Source of the DNA: a virus
DNA: 16,551 bases
Virus genome (UHGV): UHGV-0128496
Strand: one strand, 5' to 3'
Numbering within the stretch: position 1 is the stretch's first letter; every line of letters begins with the position of its first letter. Under the pieces are notes generated by a model. It searched no databases and was not told the origin of the DNA. It was given only the letters and a program-made list of their open reading frames with translations. Position numbers and translations under genes: made by a program. This document shows, piece after piece, positions 7,154-15,041 of this stretch.

Positions 7154-7873
7154 TTAGCCAAACTCTATCATTTTTAGAGGTAAGCATCTGATTAGCTTGC
7201 CGAATATGTATAGTTCATTCATTTCATGCTCCTCTATGAAGAAGGGCGGGTAATGTTCATTGTCTGAAAGAACTGCCAGTCGGCGCCCTTTTACCTTCTG
7301 CAAACGTTTAACGAACGTACTGTCTTCAAAATTGAACACATAAACGCCGTCGCCGCTGAATTGTTCAACCTTGCTGTCTATGAAAAGCAGGTCCTTTGGG
7401 CAAAGCGTGGGCATCATGCTATCGCCATCAACATTTATCATGACGATGCCATCAAGGCTTCTACGACCAAACAACTCGAAGATCCTCTCTTCTGGAATCT
7501 CTATTGAGCTCACTATTGTAGGGAATGGTTGGTTTATATATCCGGAACCGGCTGAAGCATGAACATCCAATTGCTCTATTCTGACCGTGCCTTTGGCTGG
7601 CGCGTCGCCACCATTAACAGGCACACCATAATCAAGATAAGCCGGTGAGACGGCAAGTCTTTCTGCAATTCGAATCATCTTCTCATCTCTCGGCTTTGCA
7701 GTACCAAGAGTGTAGCGCCGCGCCATCTCATACGAGACACCACTGAACTCTGACAATTCTTTAACTCCAATAGATTGCTCTTGGAGAGACCTGTTTAGCC
7801 TTTCGGCAAAGTCTTTGTATTTAGCATTTTCCACCATAAGTAGAAGATTAAGCGCACAAGGCATAGTTGTCAT
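7154..7873 (-). CDS. cI: CI-like prophage repressor (N-terminal HTH, C-terminal S24 LexA-type peptidase)
   Basis: HTH segment VKELSEFSGVSYEMARRY; S24 self-cleavage signature VDGDSMMPT (Ser) and FVKRL (Lys). Coordinates are the maximal ORF. The in-frame ATG at 7837 (MVENAKYKDF...) is the more likely start: a PRM-like promoter (-35 ATGACA, complement of 7868-7873; 17-bp spacer; -10 TAATCT, complement of 7845-7850) would place the transcript start at that ATG, giving a leaderless mRNA as for lambda cI. Confidence 0.85.
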   Translation of the reverse strand: MTTMPCALNLLLMVENAKYKDFAERLNRSLQEQSIGVKELSEFSGVSYEMARRYTLGTAKPRDEKMIRIAERLAVSPAYLDYGVPVNGGDAPAKGTVRIEQLDVHASAGSGYINQPFPTIVSSIEIPEERIFELFGRRSLDGIVMINVDGDSMMPTLCPKDLLFIDSKVEQFSGDGVYVFNFEDSTFVKRLQKVKGRRLAVLSDNEHYPPFFIEEHEMNELYIFGKLIRCLPLKMIEFG

Positions 7874-7914
7874 TTCTATTTTAAGTTGCTAATAATTGCT
7901 ACTATAAGTAGTAT
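7831..7914. promoter_or_regulatory. Immunity-region operators with divergent PRM/PR promoters
   Basis: Three inverted-repeat sites of type CTACT-N3-AGTAG: perfect CTACT-ATA-AGTAG (7899-7911), degenerate CTATT-TTA-AGTTG (7876-7888) and CCACC-ATA-AGTAG (7831-7843). PR candidate: -35 TTGCTA (7886-7891), 17-bp spacer, -10 TAGTAT (7909-7914), upstream of the cro RBS AGGAGA (7933-7938). The operators overlap the -35 and -10 elements of both promoters. Confidence 0.45.
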
Positions 7915-7942
7915 TGATGCAGGCTTAGTCATAGGAGAACAC

Positions 7943-8200
7943 ATGTCATCTCAACACAAGAATGTAACAGCTAAAGCTGTGAAGGCGATCGGGTCGATTT
8001 CAGAGGTATCAAGGCGGTTTGAATTCCAATCAGTTCAATCTGTTGCGAACTGGATTGCAAAGAACCGAGTACCTTCTGAAAGAGTTATTCAACTCTGCCA
8101 ATGGGGCGGATGGGTAGTAACTCCCCATCAATTACGACCTGATATTTATCCGAACAAAAATGACGGCATACCTTCCGCTAACAACAATAGTCAACTTTAA
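7943..8200 (+). CDS. cro: Cro-like HTH regulator (YdaS-like)
   Basis: First rightward gene, divergent from cI. AGGAGA RBS 5 nt before the ATG at 7943. The segment AIGSISEVSRRFEFQSVQSVANWIAKNRVP is HTH-like. The track ORF begins at an upstream start with no SD. Confidence 0.6.
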   Translation: MSSQHKNVTAKAVKAIGSISEVSRRFEFQSVQSVANWIAKNRVPSERVIQLCQWGGWVVTPHQLRPDIYPNKNDGIPSANNNSQL

Positions 8201-8231
8201 GTTGATTATTAACTACCAGAGGGAAATCAAC

Positions 8232-8795
8232 ATGGTAGACAGCATAAATACAGCAATCCGCCTGATGTGTAAGGCACACAAGCATGGTCGCTTAGGTATG
8301 GCTTCCGATTTAGGGATGACTATCGACCAGTTCCACAACCACCTGTACCAGAAGTGTGGCAGTCGGTTCTTTACCTTGGCAGAACTGGAACGGATGGAGG
8401 ACCTGTCTGGTTCTTGTTACTTGGCCGAGTACCAGGCGAACCGAAAAGGGAAATGGCTGGTGGATGTTCCAACTGCTGAGAGCCTGGATAACGTTGAGCT
8501 GTACAGCATTGAGATGAAAGCGGCAGCAGCATCTGGTGAGCTGGCTAATGCCAAGATGGCAGCAGCGGCTGATGGGGTAATTGATTCATCAGAGCGCAAA
8601 ACGCTTTCAGAATTATTCAGTAAGAAGCTCCGCCACCAGATTCACGGGTTCCTGGGATTTATGGCGCTTTATGGGGTTGGTGTTTCAGATCAGGCGATTG
8701 ACGTATTCGTTTCAACAGGCAGAAAAGGTGACGCCCGCGAGTGTGCAGCTCCGGGCGCCTTGGCGTGTCGTATCAGTGGAGAAACTAACGCATGA
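8232..8795 (+). CDS. cII-position early protein (possibly YdaT-like), function unknown
   Basis: ORF directly after cro with AGAGGGAAA RBS 7 nt before the ATG at 8232. Its position matches ydaS-ydaT of Rac-like prophages, but I cannot confirm sequence similarity from memory. Confidence 0.45.
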   Translation: MVDSINTAIRLMCKAHKHGRLGMASDLGMTIDQFHNHLYQKCGSRFFTLAELERMEDLSGSCYLAEYQANRKGKWLVDVPTAESLDNVELYSIEMKAAAASGELANAKMAAAADGVIDSSERKTLSELFSKKLRHQIHGFLGFMALYGVGVSDQAIDVFVSTGRKGDARECAAPGALACRISGETNA

Positions 8796-9130
8796 ACAGT
8801 GTAAACCGATTCAGACCAGCTAAGCAATTCAGATGTTTGCCGCTGGTGGGTAAAGATGCCCAGTTCGGCTATGTGGAAATCATAAATAACGCGGCTGATG
8901 GAGGCAACTACCAGCCAGCAGACTTGATGGTAGAAGCATTTGTTCAGATGAACGAGAAGGGGCGCGAGGAATGGCTGAAGTTAACCGGCGGTTCAGAGAT
9001 CACTACGGAGTTCCCGTCAGAGTTGTCCGCTGGGAGCCAGATACACAGCGCGTTATATACCTTCGCGAAGGGTACGATCATGAGTGCTTCAGCCCTCTTG
9101 AACAATTCCAGCGTAAATTTACAGAATTAA
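8792..9130 (+). CDS. Hypothetical early protein (112 aa)
   Basis: Its ATG overlaps the upstream stop (ATGA), so it is coupled within the early-right operon. No recognisable motif. Confidence 0.5.
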   Translation: MNSVNRFRPAKQFRCLPLVGKDAQFGYVEIINNAADGGNYQPADLMVEAFVQMNEKGREEWLKLTGGSEITTEFPSELSAGSQIHSALYTFAKGTIMSASALLNNSSVNLQN

Positions 9131-9139
9131 AGGACGACC

Positions 9140-9994
9140 ATGAGCACTAAATTAACCGGTTACGTATGGGATGCATGCGCTTCGTCAGGCATGAAGTTAT
9201 CCAGCGTTGCCATCATGGCGCGTCTGGCAGACTTCAGCAGTGATGAAGGGGTTAGCTGGCCTTCCATCGCTACCATCGCGCGCCAGATTGGTGCTGGTGA
9301 GAGCACGGTTCGTACAGCCATATCTCAGCTGGAAAAAGATGGTTGGTTAACCCGCCAGCAGCGCCGTAAAGGCAACCGAAATGCATCGAACGTTTACCAG
9401 CTCAATGTTGCGAAATTGCAGGCTGCTGCCTTTTCTCACCTGTCAGATTCTGACGCATCAAAATCTGATGCCTCAAAAACAGACGCGTCAAAATCTGAGG
9501 CATCAAAAAACGATGAAAAAGGCGGTTTTCACCCGTCAGAATCTGGGGGGGATCCGTCAGTAAATACAACTACTGATCCATCAGTTAAAAAACCTTCTTG
9601 TCCGGTTGCGCCGCAACCAGACCCTGAAGTGATGATCACCGATAACGCCATCCTGGTTCTGAATCATCTGAACCTGGTTAGTGGCTCACGATACCAAAAA
9701 TCAAAAACTTCTCTGGAAAACATCCGTGCTCGTCTGCGTGAAGGTTACACCGTTAGCGACTTACAGCTGGTGATCGACCTTAAGCATGAGCACTGGAACG
9801 GCAATGACGTGCAGTACCAGTACATGCGTCCTGAAACGCTCTTCGGTCCGAAAAAATTTGAAGGTTATCTGCAAAGCGGGATCCGCTGGGACAAGAAGGG
9901 GCGGCCACCGCGTGACAGCTGGGGTGAAAAGAAACATGACCCGATGAAGTTCGGTCCGGTTGATAGCAAGATTCCAGAGGGGTTCAGAGGATGA
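9140..9994 (+). CDS. Replication initiation protein (lambda-O-like; N-terminal winged HTH, conserved phage C-terminal domain)
   Basis: N-terminus VAIMARLADFSSDEGVSWPSIATIARQIGAGESTVRTAISQLEKDGWL is typical of HTH_36-type initiators. A low-complexity linker (DASKS x4) precedes a conserved C-terminal domain (VLNHLNLVSGSRYQ ... LFGPKKFEGYLQ). The position after the cro/cII module matches a replication gene. Confidence 0.7.
   Translation: MSTKLTGYVWDACASSGMKLSSVAIMARLADFSSDEGVSWPSIATIARQIGAGESTVRTAISQLEKDGWLTRQQRRKGNRNASNVYQLNVAKLQAAAFSHLSDSDASKSDASKTDASKSEASKNDEKGGFHPSESGGDPSVNTTTDPSVKKPSCPVAPQPDPEVMITDNAILVLNHLNLVSGSRYQKSKTSLENIRARLREGYTVSDLQLVIDLKHEHWNGNDVQYQYMRPETLFGPKKFEGYLQSGIRWDKKGRPPRDSWGEKKHDPMKFGPVDSKIPEGFRG
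9452..9511 (+). repeat. Four tandem 15-bp iteron-like repeats inside the initiator gene (putative origin)
   Basis: gacgcatcaaaatct / gatgcctcaaaaaca / gacgcgtcaaaatct / gaggcatcaaaaaac, with partial copies on both sides. Each has a near-palindromic GAYGCRTC core and an A-tract. Lambda ori likewise lies as iterons inside the O gene. Confidence 0.45.
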
Positions 9995-11325
9995 TGGAAA
10001 ATAAATACTGCCGTGCACTGGCTGAACTCCGTTCAAAACCAGCACACGAGTTGAAAGAGGTCGGTGATCAATGGCGCACTCCGGATCTGTTGTTTTGGGG
10101 GATCAATGCGATGTTCGGCCCTCTGGTGTTGGACCTTTTTGCCGACGACAGCAACGCGAAGTGCCCAGCATGGTACACGGCTGAAGATAATGCCCTGACG
10201 CAGGATTGGTCAGAGCGGCTGGCAGAACTCGGTGGTGCCGGGTTTGGCAACCCGCCTTACAGCCGCTCTCAGTACCACGACAAGCAGGCCGTTACCGGAA
10301 TGACCCACATCATTAACCACGCTATGGCCATGCGAGAAAAGGGTGGTCGGTACGTTTTTCTCATTAAGTCTGCGACGAGTGAAACGTGGTGGCCGGAAGA
10401 GGCAGATCACGTCACATTCATCCGTGGCCGAATTGGTTTCGATCTTCCTACATGGTTCGTGCCGAAAGACGAAAAGCAGCAGCCCACCAGCGCATTTTTT
10501 GCTGGCGCTATCGTGGTCTTCGACAAAACATGGCGGGGTGAGCGTTTCAGTTACATCAACCGCACCGACCTGGAGGCCAAAGGCCGTGCTGCGATGTCGC
10601 TGGCCCAATTTGCCGTGGGAAGAACGCAAACTGATGCGGCGCCAGAGCTGGACGCTGAGGTAGTGCCGAAGAAATCAGAGGCAGAACTGCCATTAACCCA
10701 AAAAGCCATTCTGGAAACCAGCGGTGTAGAGGCTTGGGCCTGTGTTGTCGCGGCGTTCGGCGAGAAAGACGAGTACACCTTCAGCGAGTCAAAGTTTGGT
10801 CATACCTGGGCTGCCGACTCTCTGGAAAACCCTGAATTTACCAATGTTTCACCGCTGACGATCGACAGAGCGAAAAAGCTGATCAGCGAGAGCATCCTGG
10901 TGGGTGTTAATGCATGGCTGGAAACATTGCCCTTTGATAGCGATGACGTGAAACAAGACATGTCAGAGCGGTTACGCACGGTTGCCGTTGAGTCTGCGAA
11001 AGAATACGGCATTAACCACAGTGAATTCATCGCGACCATGGAAAGCCTGGATAAAGCCAAATGGTCAAATATTCGGGGGATCCGCGCCCATGTCCGTGAG
11101 ACGCAGGAATCAAAGGACAAGGCGTTAAACGAATCGCGCGTTTGGCCTCTTGAGGTTGGACTGGTGTTTAACCAGATTGAAGGGGCTGACGCTCTACCTG
11201 TTTCGCAGCAGAACAAGCTGAAAGCCAATATCAACCAGCTGTGGCTCGAACGTATGCCGACGAGTGAAATTATCACGACCGCTGGTGGTCTCTTCAACAG
11301 CATGCAGGGGGCCGTCAATGCGTGA
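9991..11325 (+). CDS. Phage Dam-family N6-adenine DNA methyltransferase with about 240-aa C-terminal extension
   Basis: N-terminal about 200 aa carry WRTPD and the catalytic FGNPPYS (NPPY) motif of phage Dam-type N6A MTases. Its ATG overlaps the initiator stop (ATGATG). Residues about 205-444 have no motif I recognise. Confidence 0.8.
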   Translation: MMENKYCRALAELRSKPAHELKEVGDQWRTPDLLFWGINAMFGPLVLDLFADDSNAKCPAWYTAEDNALTQDWSERLAELGGAGFGNPPYSRSQYHDKQAVTGMTHIINHAMAMREKGGRYVFLIKSATSETWWPEEADHVTFIRGRIGFDLPTWFVPKDEKQQPTSAFFAGAIVVFDKTWRGERFSYINRTDLEAKGRAAMSLAQFAVGRTQTDAAPELDAEVVPKKSEAELPLTQKAILETSGVEAWACVVAAFGEKDEYTFSESKFGHTWAADSLENPEFTNVSPLTIDRAKKLISESILVGVNAWLETLPFDSDDVKQDMSERLRTVAVESAKEYGINHSEFIATMESLDKAKWSNIRGIRAHVRETQESKDKALNESRVWPLEVGLVFNQIEGADALPVSQQNKLKANINQLWLERMPTSEIITTAGGLFNSMQGAVNA

Positions 11326-13255
11326 AATTATCGTTGATAACTTTGCTGGTGGCGGCGGCGCGAGTACCGGCATTGAACTGGCGATCGGGCGTAGCGTGGA
11401 TATCGCTATCAACCACGACGAAAACGCTATTGCGATGCATAAGACGAATCACCCTGACACGCTGCATTATTGCGAGTCGGTGTTTGACGTTGACCCAAGC
11501 GCAGCCACCAGCGGTAAACCTGTCGGTCTGGCCTGGTTTAGCCCTGACTGCCGCCACTTTTCCAAGGCGAAGGGCGCTAAGCCGGTTAAGAAAGAGATTC
11601 GCGGGCTGGCGTGGATTGTCCTGCGCTGGGCGCTGGCAGTACGTCCCCGCGTCATGATGCTGGAGAACGTCGAAGAGTTTAAGACATGGGGCCCGCTGCT
11701 GGATGAAGAATTACGCCCGGATCCTGAGCGTGCTGGCGAAACATTCGAGGCATTTGTCGGCATGCTGTCGACGGGGATCGCGGCGAATCACCCTGCGCTG
11801 GCTGAGGTTTGTGAATTCCTTGCCATTGAGCCGCACGGCCAGCAGGCGCAACAGCTGATCGCCGGGCTTGGTTATGAGGTTGATTATCGGGAGCTGCGCG
11901 CATGTGACTACGGCGCGCCGACGATCAGAAAGCGTTTCTTCATGGTCATGCGCTGTGACGGCCGCAAGATTCATTGGCCTGAAGCGACTCATGGGGATCC
12001 AAAATCACTGGAAGTACAAAGCGGCAAGCTGGCGCCATGGCGTACCGCGGCGGAGTGCATTGACTGGAATATCCCGGCCCGGTCCATCTTCGACCGCAAA
12101 AAGCCGCTGGCGGAAAATACGCTCAAACGTATCGCGCGCGGCATCCAGCGCTTTGTTATCGAAAGCGCATCACCTTTCATCGTGAAGTGTAACCACACCA
12201 CGACGAAAGGAGGTTATGACTGTTTCCGCGGGCAATCGTTGTTAGAGCCATTGCAGACCATCACTAAAAAGCATGGCTACGCACTGGCGGTACCGCATCT
12301 TACTAAATTCCGCACCGGGGCCACCGGGCAGCCAGTGACCGAGCCGGTACCAACTGTCACCGCTGGTACGTCGGCGCGCCCGGGCGGGAATGGGCATGCG
12401 CTTGGCGTAGTTGAGGCCGCCCTGACACCGTTCCTGGCTGGCAATGGCGGCAGTGAGTACCAGGCAAAGCCGCGCCCGCTGGATAAACCCGCTCATACAA
12501 TCCTCAAGCAGTCCCGCGCGTGCGTGGTTGCGCCGGTCATCGCCCGCCAGTTTGGAGCCAGTGTTGGGCACAGGGCTGACGAACCGAGTGCGACGATTAC
12601 TGCAGGTGGTGGCGGTAAGTCGCAGCTGGTAACTCCAACACTGATCCAGATGGGGTACGGCGAACGCCCAGGGCAAGAACCGCGTGTTCTTCAACTGAAT
12701 AACCCGCTCGGCACGGTCACTGCTGGTGGTAATAAGTTTGCAACGGTGAGCGCGTTCCTGGCGAAGCACTATGGTGGGAATTACACGGGGCCGGGTGTTG
12801 GTATGGATGAGCCTGCCCACTCAGTCACTACTGTTGATCACCACGCGGTAGTTGCGTCGCACCTGGTGAAGCTGCGCGGAACCTGCCGCGACGGTCAGAC
12901 CATGGATACACCTATGCCGACGATTACCGCTGGTGGCCAGCACGTTGGCGAGGTCCGGACATTCCTCGAAACCTACTGCGGTGATAGCGAGGATGAATGG
13001 CTGGTGACGATCGAGGGGGTTAAGTACCAGATCGTCGATATCGGAATGCGCATGCTGCAACCGCATGAGCTTTATAAGGCGCAGGGCTTCCCTGACGGCT
13101 ACGTTATCGATCAGGACTATCGCGGCAATCGTTACGCCAAAGACAAGCAGGTAGCGCGCTGTGGTAACGCAGTACCGCCGCCGTTCGCTCGTGCGCTGGT
13201 AGAAGCAAATCTTCCTGAATTATGTGCAAATCAAAAGGCGGGTGCAGCCGCCTGA
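11318..13255 (+). CDS. DNA cytosine-5 methyltransferase (large, repeat-containing variable region)
   Basis: Motif I FAGGGGAS, an ENV motif (MLENVEEF) and C-terminal CGNAVPPP; the Cys motif reads SPDCRHFS rather than canonical PCQ. Start taken at the ATG at 11318 (MREIIVDNFAGGGG), overlapping the Dam stop; the track ORF extends upstream in the same frame. The region between the catalytic and C-terminal motifs holds about five P-x-x-T-[VI]-T-A-G-G repeats. Confidence 0.8.
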   Translation: MREIIVDNFAGGGGASTGIELAIGRSVDIAINHDENAIAMHKTNHPDTLHYCESVFDVDPSAATSGKPVGLAWFSPDCRHFSKAKGAKPVKKEIRGLAWIVLRWALAVRPRVMMLENVEEFKTWGPLLDEELRPDPERAGETFEAFVGMLSTGIAANHPALAEVCEFLAIEPHGQQAQQLIAGLGYEVDYRELRACDYGAPTIRKRFFMVMRCDGRKIHWPEATHGDPKSLEVQSGKLAPWRTAAECIDWNIPARSIFDRKKPLAENTLKRIARGIQRFVIESASPFIVKCNHTTTKGGYDCFRGQSLLEPLQTITKKHGYALAVPHLTKFRTGATGQPVTEPVPTVTAGTSARPGGNGHALGVVEAALTPFLAGNGGSEYQAKPRPLDKPAHTILKQSRACVVAPVIARQFGASVGHRADEPSATITAGGGGKSQLVTPTLIQMGYGERPGQEPRVLQLNNPLGTVTAGGNKFATVSAFLAKHYGGNYTGPGVGMDEPAHSVTTVDHHAVVASHLVKLRGTCRDGQTMDTPMPTITAGGQHVGEVRTFLETYCGDSEDEWLVTIEGVKYQIVDIGMRMLQPHELYKAQGFPDGYVIDQDYRGNRYAKDKQVARCGNAVPPPFARALVEANLPELCANQKAGAAA

Positions 13256-13269
13256 TATGGAGAAATAGC

Positions 13270-13962
13270 ATGAATCAGTTAACCGCTAAGGGTGTTGTGA
13301 CAATGTCCAGCCGTGAAATTGCCAGGCTGGTGCAGAGCAAACATGGTGATGTGAAGCGCTCAGCTGAGCGCCTTGCATCTGCTGGTATTTTAACCGCGCC
13401 GTTGGCGCACACCCCCTACACACACCCGCAAAACGGGCAAACCTACGAGGAGTATTGGTTTAACAAACGTGATTCTCTGGTGATCGTCGCCAGGCTGTCG
13501 CCAGAATTTACCGCCGCTGTTGTCGATCGCTGGCAAGAGCTGGAGAACAGCCAGGCCGTAAGTGTCCCGCAAACATTGCCGGAGGCATTACGTCTCGCCG
13601 CGGATCTGGCCGAGCAGAAAGAACAACTCAGCCAGCAGTTAGCCGCTGCCGCGCCGAAAGTTGAGTTTGTCGATCGATATTGTACTGCCAAAGGCTCAAT
13701 GTCTTTCCGCCAGGTGGCAAAGCTGTTGCAGGCCAAAGAGACCGATTTCCGCTTGTTCCTCATTGAGAGCGGCATTTTGTACCGGCTCAGTGGAGTGCTG
13801 ACACCTCGGCACCAGCACATTGCTGCCGGGCGGTTTGAAGTGAAAACTGGCACTACGAGCGAAACAAACTACGCCTTTAGCCAGGCACGTTTTACACCCA
13901 AAGGCATCGAGTGGATCGGCGGCCTGTGGACGGCACACATCGCTAAGGGGCATGCCGCGTGA
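13270..13962 (+). CDS. Rha-family regulator / antirepressor (Rha N-terminal domain plus KilA-C/ANT-like C-terminus)
   Basis: N-terminus MSSREIARLVQSKHGDVKRSAERL resembles the Rha domain; C-terminal EALRLAADLAEQKEQL ... KVEFVDRY resembles ANT/KilA-C. GGAGAAA RBS 5 nt before the ATG at 13270. Confidence 0.65.
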   Translation: MNQLTAKGVVTMSSREIARLVQSKHGDVKRSAERLASAGILTAPLAHTPYTHPQNGQTYEEYWFNKRDSLVIVARLSPEFTAAVVDRWQELENSQAVSVPQTLPEALRLAADLAEQKEQLSQQLAAAAPKVEFVDRYCTAKGSMSFRQVAKLLQAKETDFRLFLIESGILYRLSGVLTPRHQHIAAGRFEVKTGTTSETNYAFSQARFTPKGIEWIGGLWTAHIAKGHAA

Positions 13963-15020
13963 GAGGACTGTTTACAGCCGAGACTGTTCCGCGCCTTGGG
14001 CTTGTGCTGTTAAAGCCGGGTAGCGAACTGATGTCTTTGTTTCAACAGGGGCGTGTGCTGGTGGAGCCTCAGCCAAAAAGCATGGCTGGGCTTCCGTCGG
14101 GGCTCGTCCCTGATGCCCGGCAGCCGCTGGCAGAAGATAAGTCCCTCGAGGAATTCTTCACCGACGAGAGAGTTATCCGTGCAGCAGGCGGTTTGTCCGG
14201 GTTGGAATCCTGGCTAGAGCGTAACGTGAAGGAATGCCAGTACCCGCACACTAATTATCACCATCATGAGCTGGTAACGATGCGACATCCCCCTGGATCA
14301 ATGTTGCTCTGTTGGCATTGCGATAACCAGCTGCGCGAGCAAACCACCGCGGCGCTGGCAGAACTGGCCCGGCGTAATCTCATTAACTGGCTGATCAGTT
14401 CTATCCTGTCTTCGCTTGGCTACAACAACGAGCGTGAACTATCCCTCGGTGAATTGTGCTGGTGGGCCGTTTACTCAGGCATTGCTGATGCAATCACGGA
14501 AAGGATGGCCCAGCATGCGCTTCGCTTACCGGATGAGCCGTTTTTATCCGTATATCGCGAAAGTGACATTGTGCCGATGCCACCGACAAAAAACATTTTG
14601 CAGAAGAAGGTCACCCCTGCGGTCACGGCTGCGCATTTAAAGCATGGAACAAATCAGGAAGTGGCCTATGACCAGCCACAGGTTCTGGCTCTGCATGCGG
14701 ATCCTGAATCCCCTGAATCATTCATGTTGCGCCCAAAACACCGCAGGTGGGTGAATGAGGACTATACCCGGTGGGCTAAAACCCAGCCCTGTGAAGGTTG
14801 CCGGCGGCCAGCGGATGATCCACACCATGTCATTGGTCACGGCATGGGCGGTACCGCCACTAAAGCCCACGATTTGTTCGTGATCCCTCTGTGCAGAGAG
14901 TGTCACGACAAATTACATGCTGATGTTGCAGCGTTCGAGAAAAAACACGGTACCCAGCTGGAGCTGCTATTCCGATTTATGAATCGAGCGCTGGCGATCG
15001 GCGTAATAACAAAAGCGTAA
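13959..15020 (+). CDS. DUF968-like prophage protein with C-terminal HNH-like zinc motif
   Basis: GTG start overlapping the Rha stop (GTGA), with AAGGGG 8 nt upstream. C-terminus PCEGCRRPADDPHHVIGHGMGGTATKAHDLFVIPLCRECHDKLH has an HNH-like arrangement (CxxC ... HH ... CxxCH). I recall DUF968 (YdfU-like) proteins sitting next to Q in Qin-like prophages. Confidence 0.5.
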   Translation: MRGLFTAETVPRLGLVLLKPGSELMSLFQQGRVLVEPQPKSMAGLPSGLVPDARQPLAEDKSLEEFFTDERVIRAAGGLSGLESWLERNVKECQYPHTNYHHHELVTMRHPPGSMLLCWHCDNQLREQTTAALAELARRNLINWLISSILSSLGYNNERELSLGELCWWAVYSGIADAITERMAQHALRLPDEPFLSVYRESDIVPMPPTKNILQKKVTPAVTAAHLKHGTNQEVAYDQPQVLALHADPESPESFMLRPKHRRWVNEDYTRWAKTQPCEGCRRPADDPHHVIGHGMGGTATKAHDLFVIPLCRECHDKLHADVAAFEKKHGTQLELLFRFMNRALAIGVITKA

Positions 15021-15041
15021 TTGTATGGAGCGCTGAGCATA

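Noticed and set aside
8417-8599. 60-aa minus-strand ORF inside the cII-position gene
   Set aside because: Ala/Ser-rich low-complexity antisense translation of a coupled plus-strand gene.
10210-11318. Minus-strand ORFs of 139 aa and 172 aa inside the Dam-family MTase gene
   Set aside because: Antisense to a gene with clear catalytic motifs; Ser/Arg-rich low-complexity translations typical of reverse-frame artefacts in GC-rich coding sequence.
11467-12820. Several minus- and plus-strand ORFs (about 60-190 aa) inside the C5-MTase gene
   Set aside because: All overlap a motif-supported long ORF; their compositions (Arg/Ser/Pro-rich) look like out-of-frame translation and none has an RBS.
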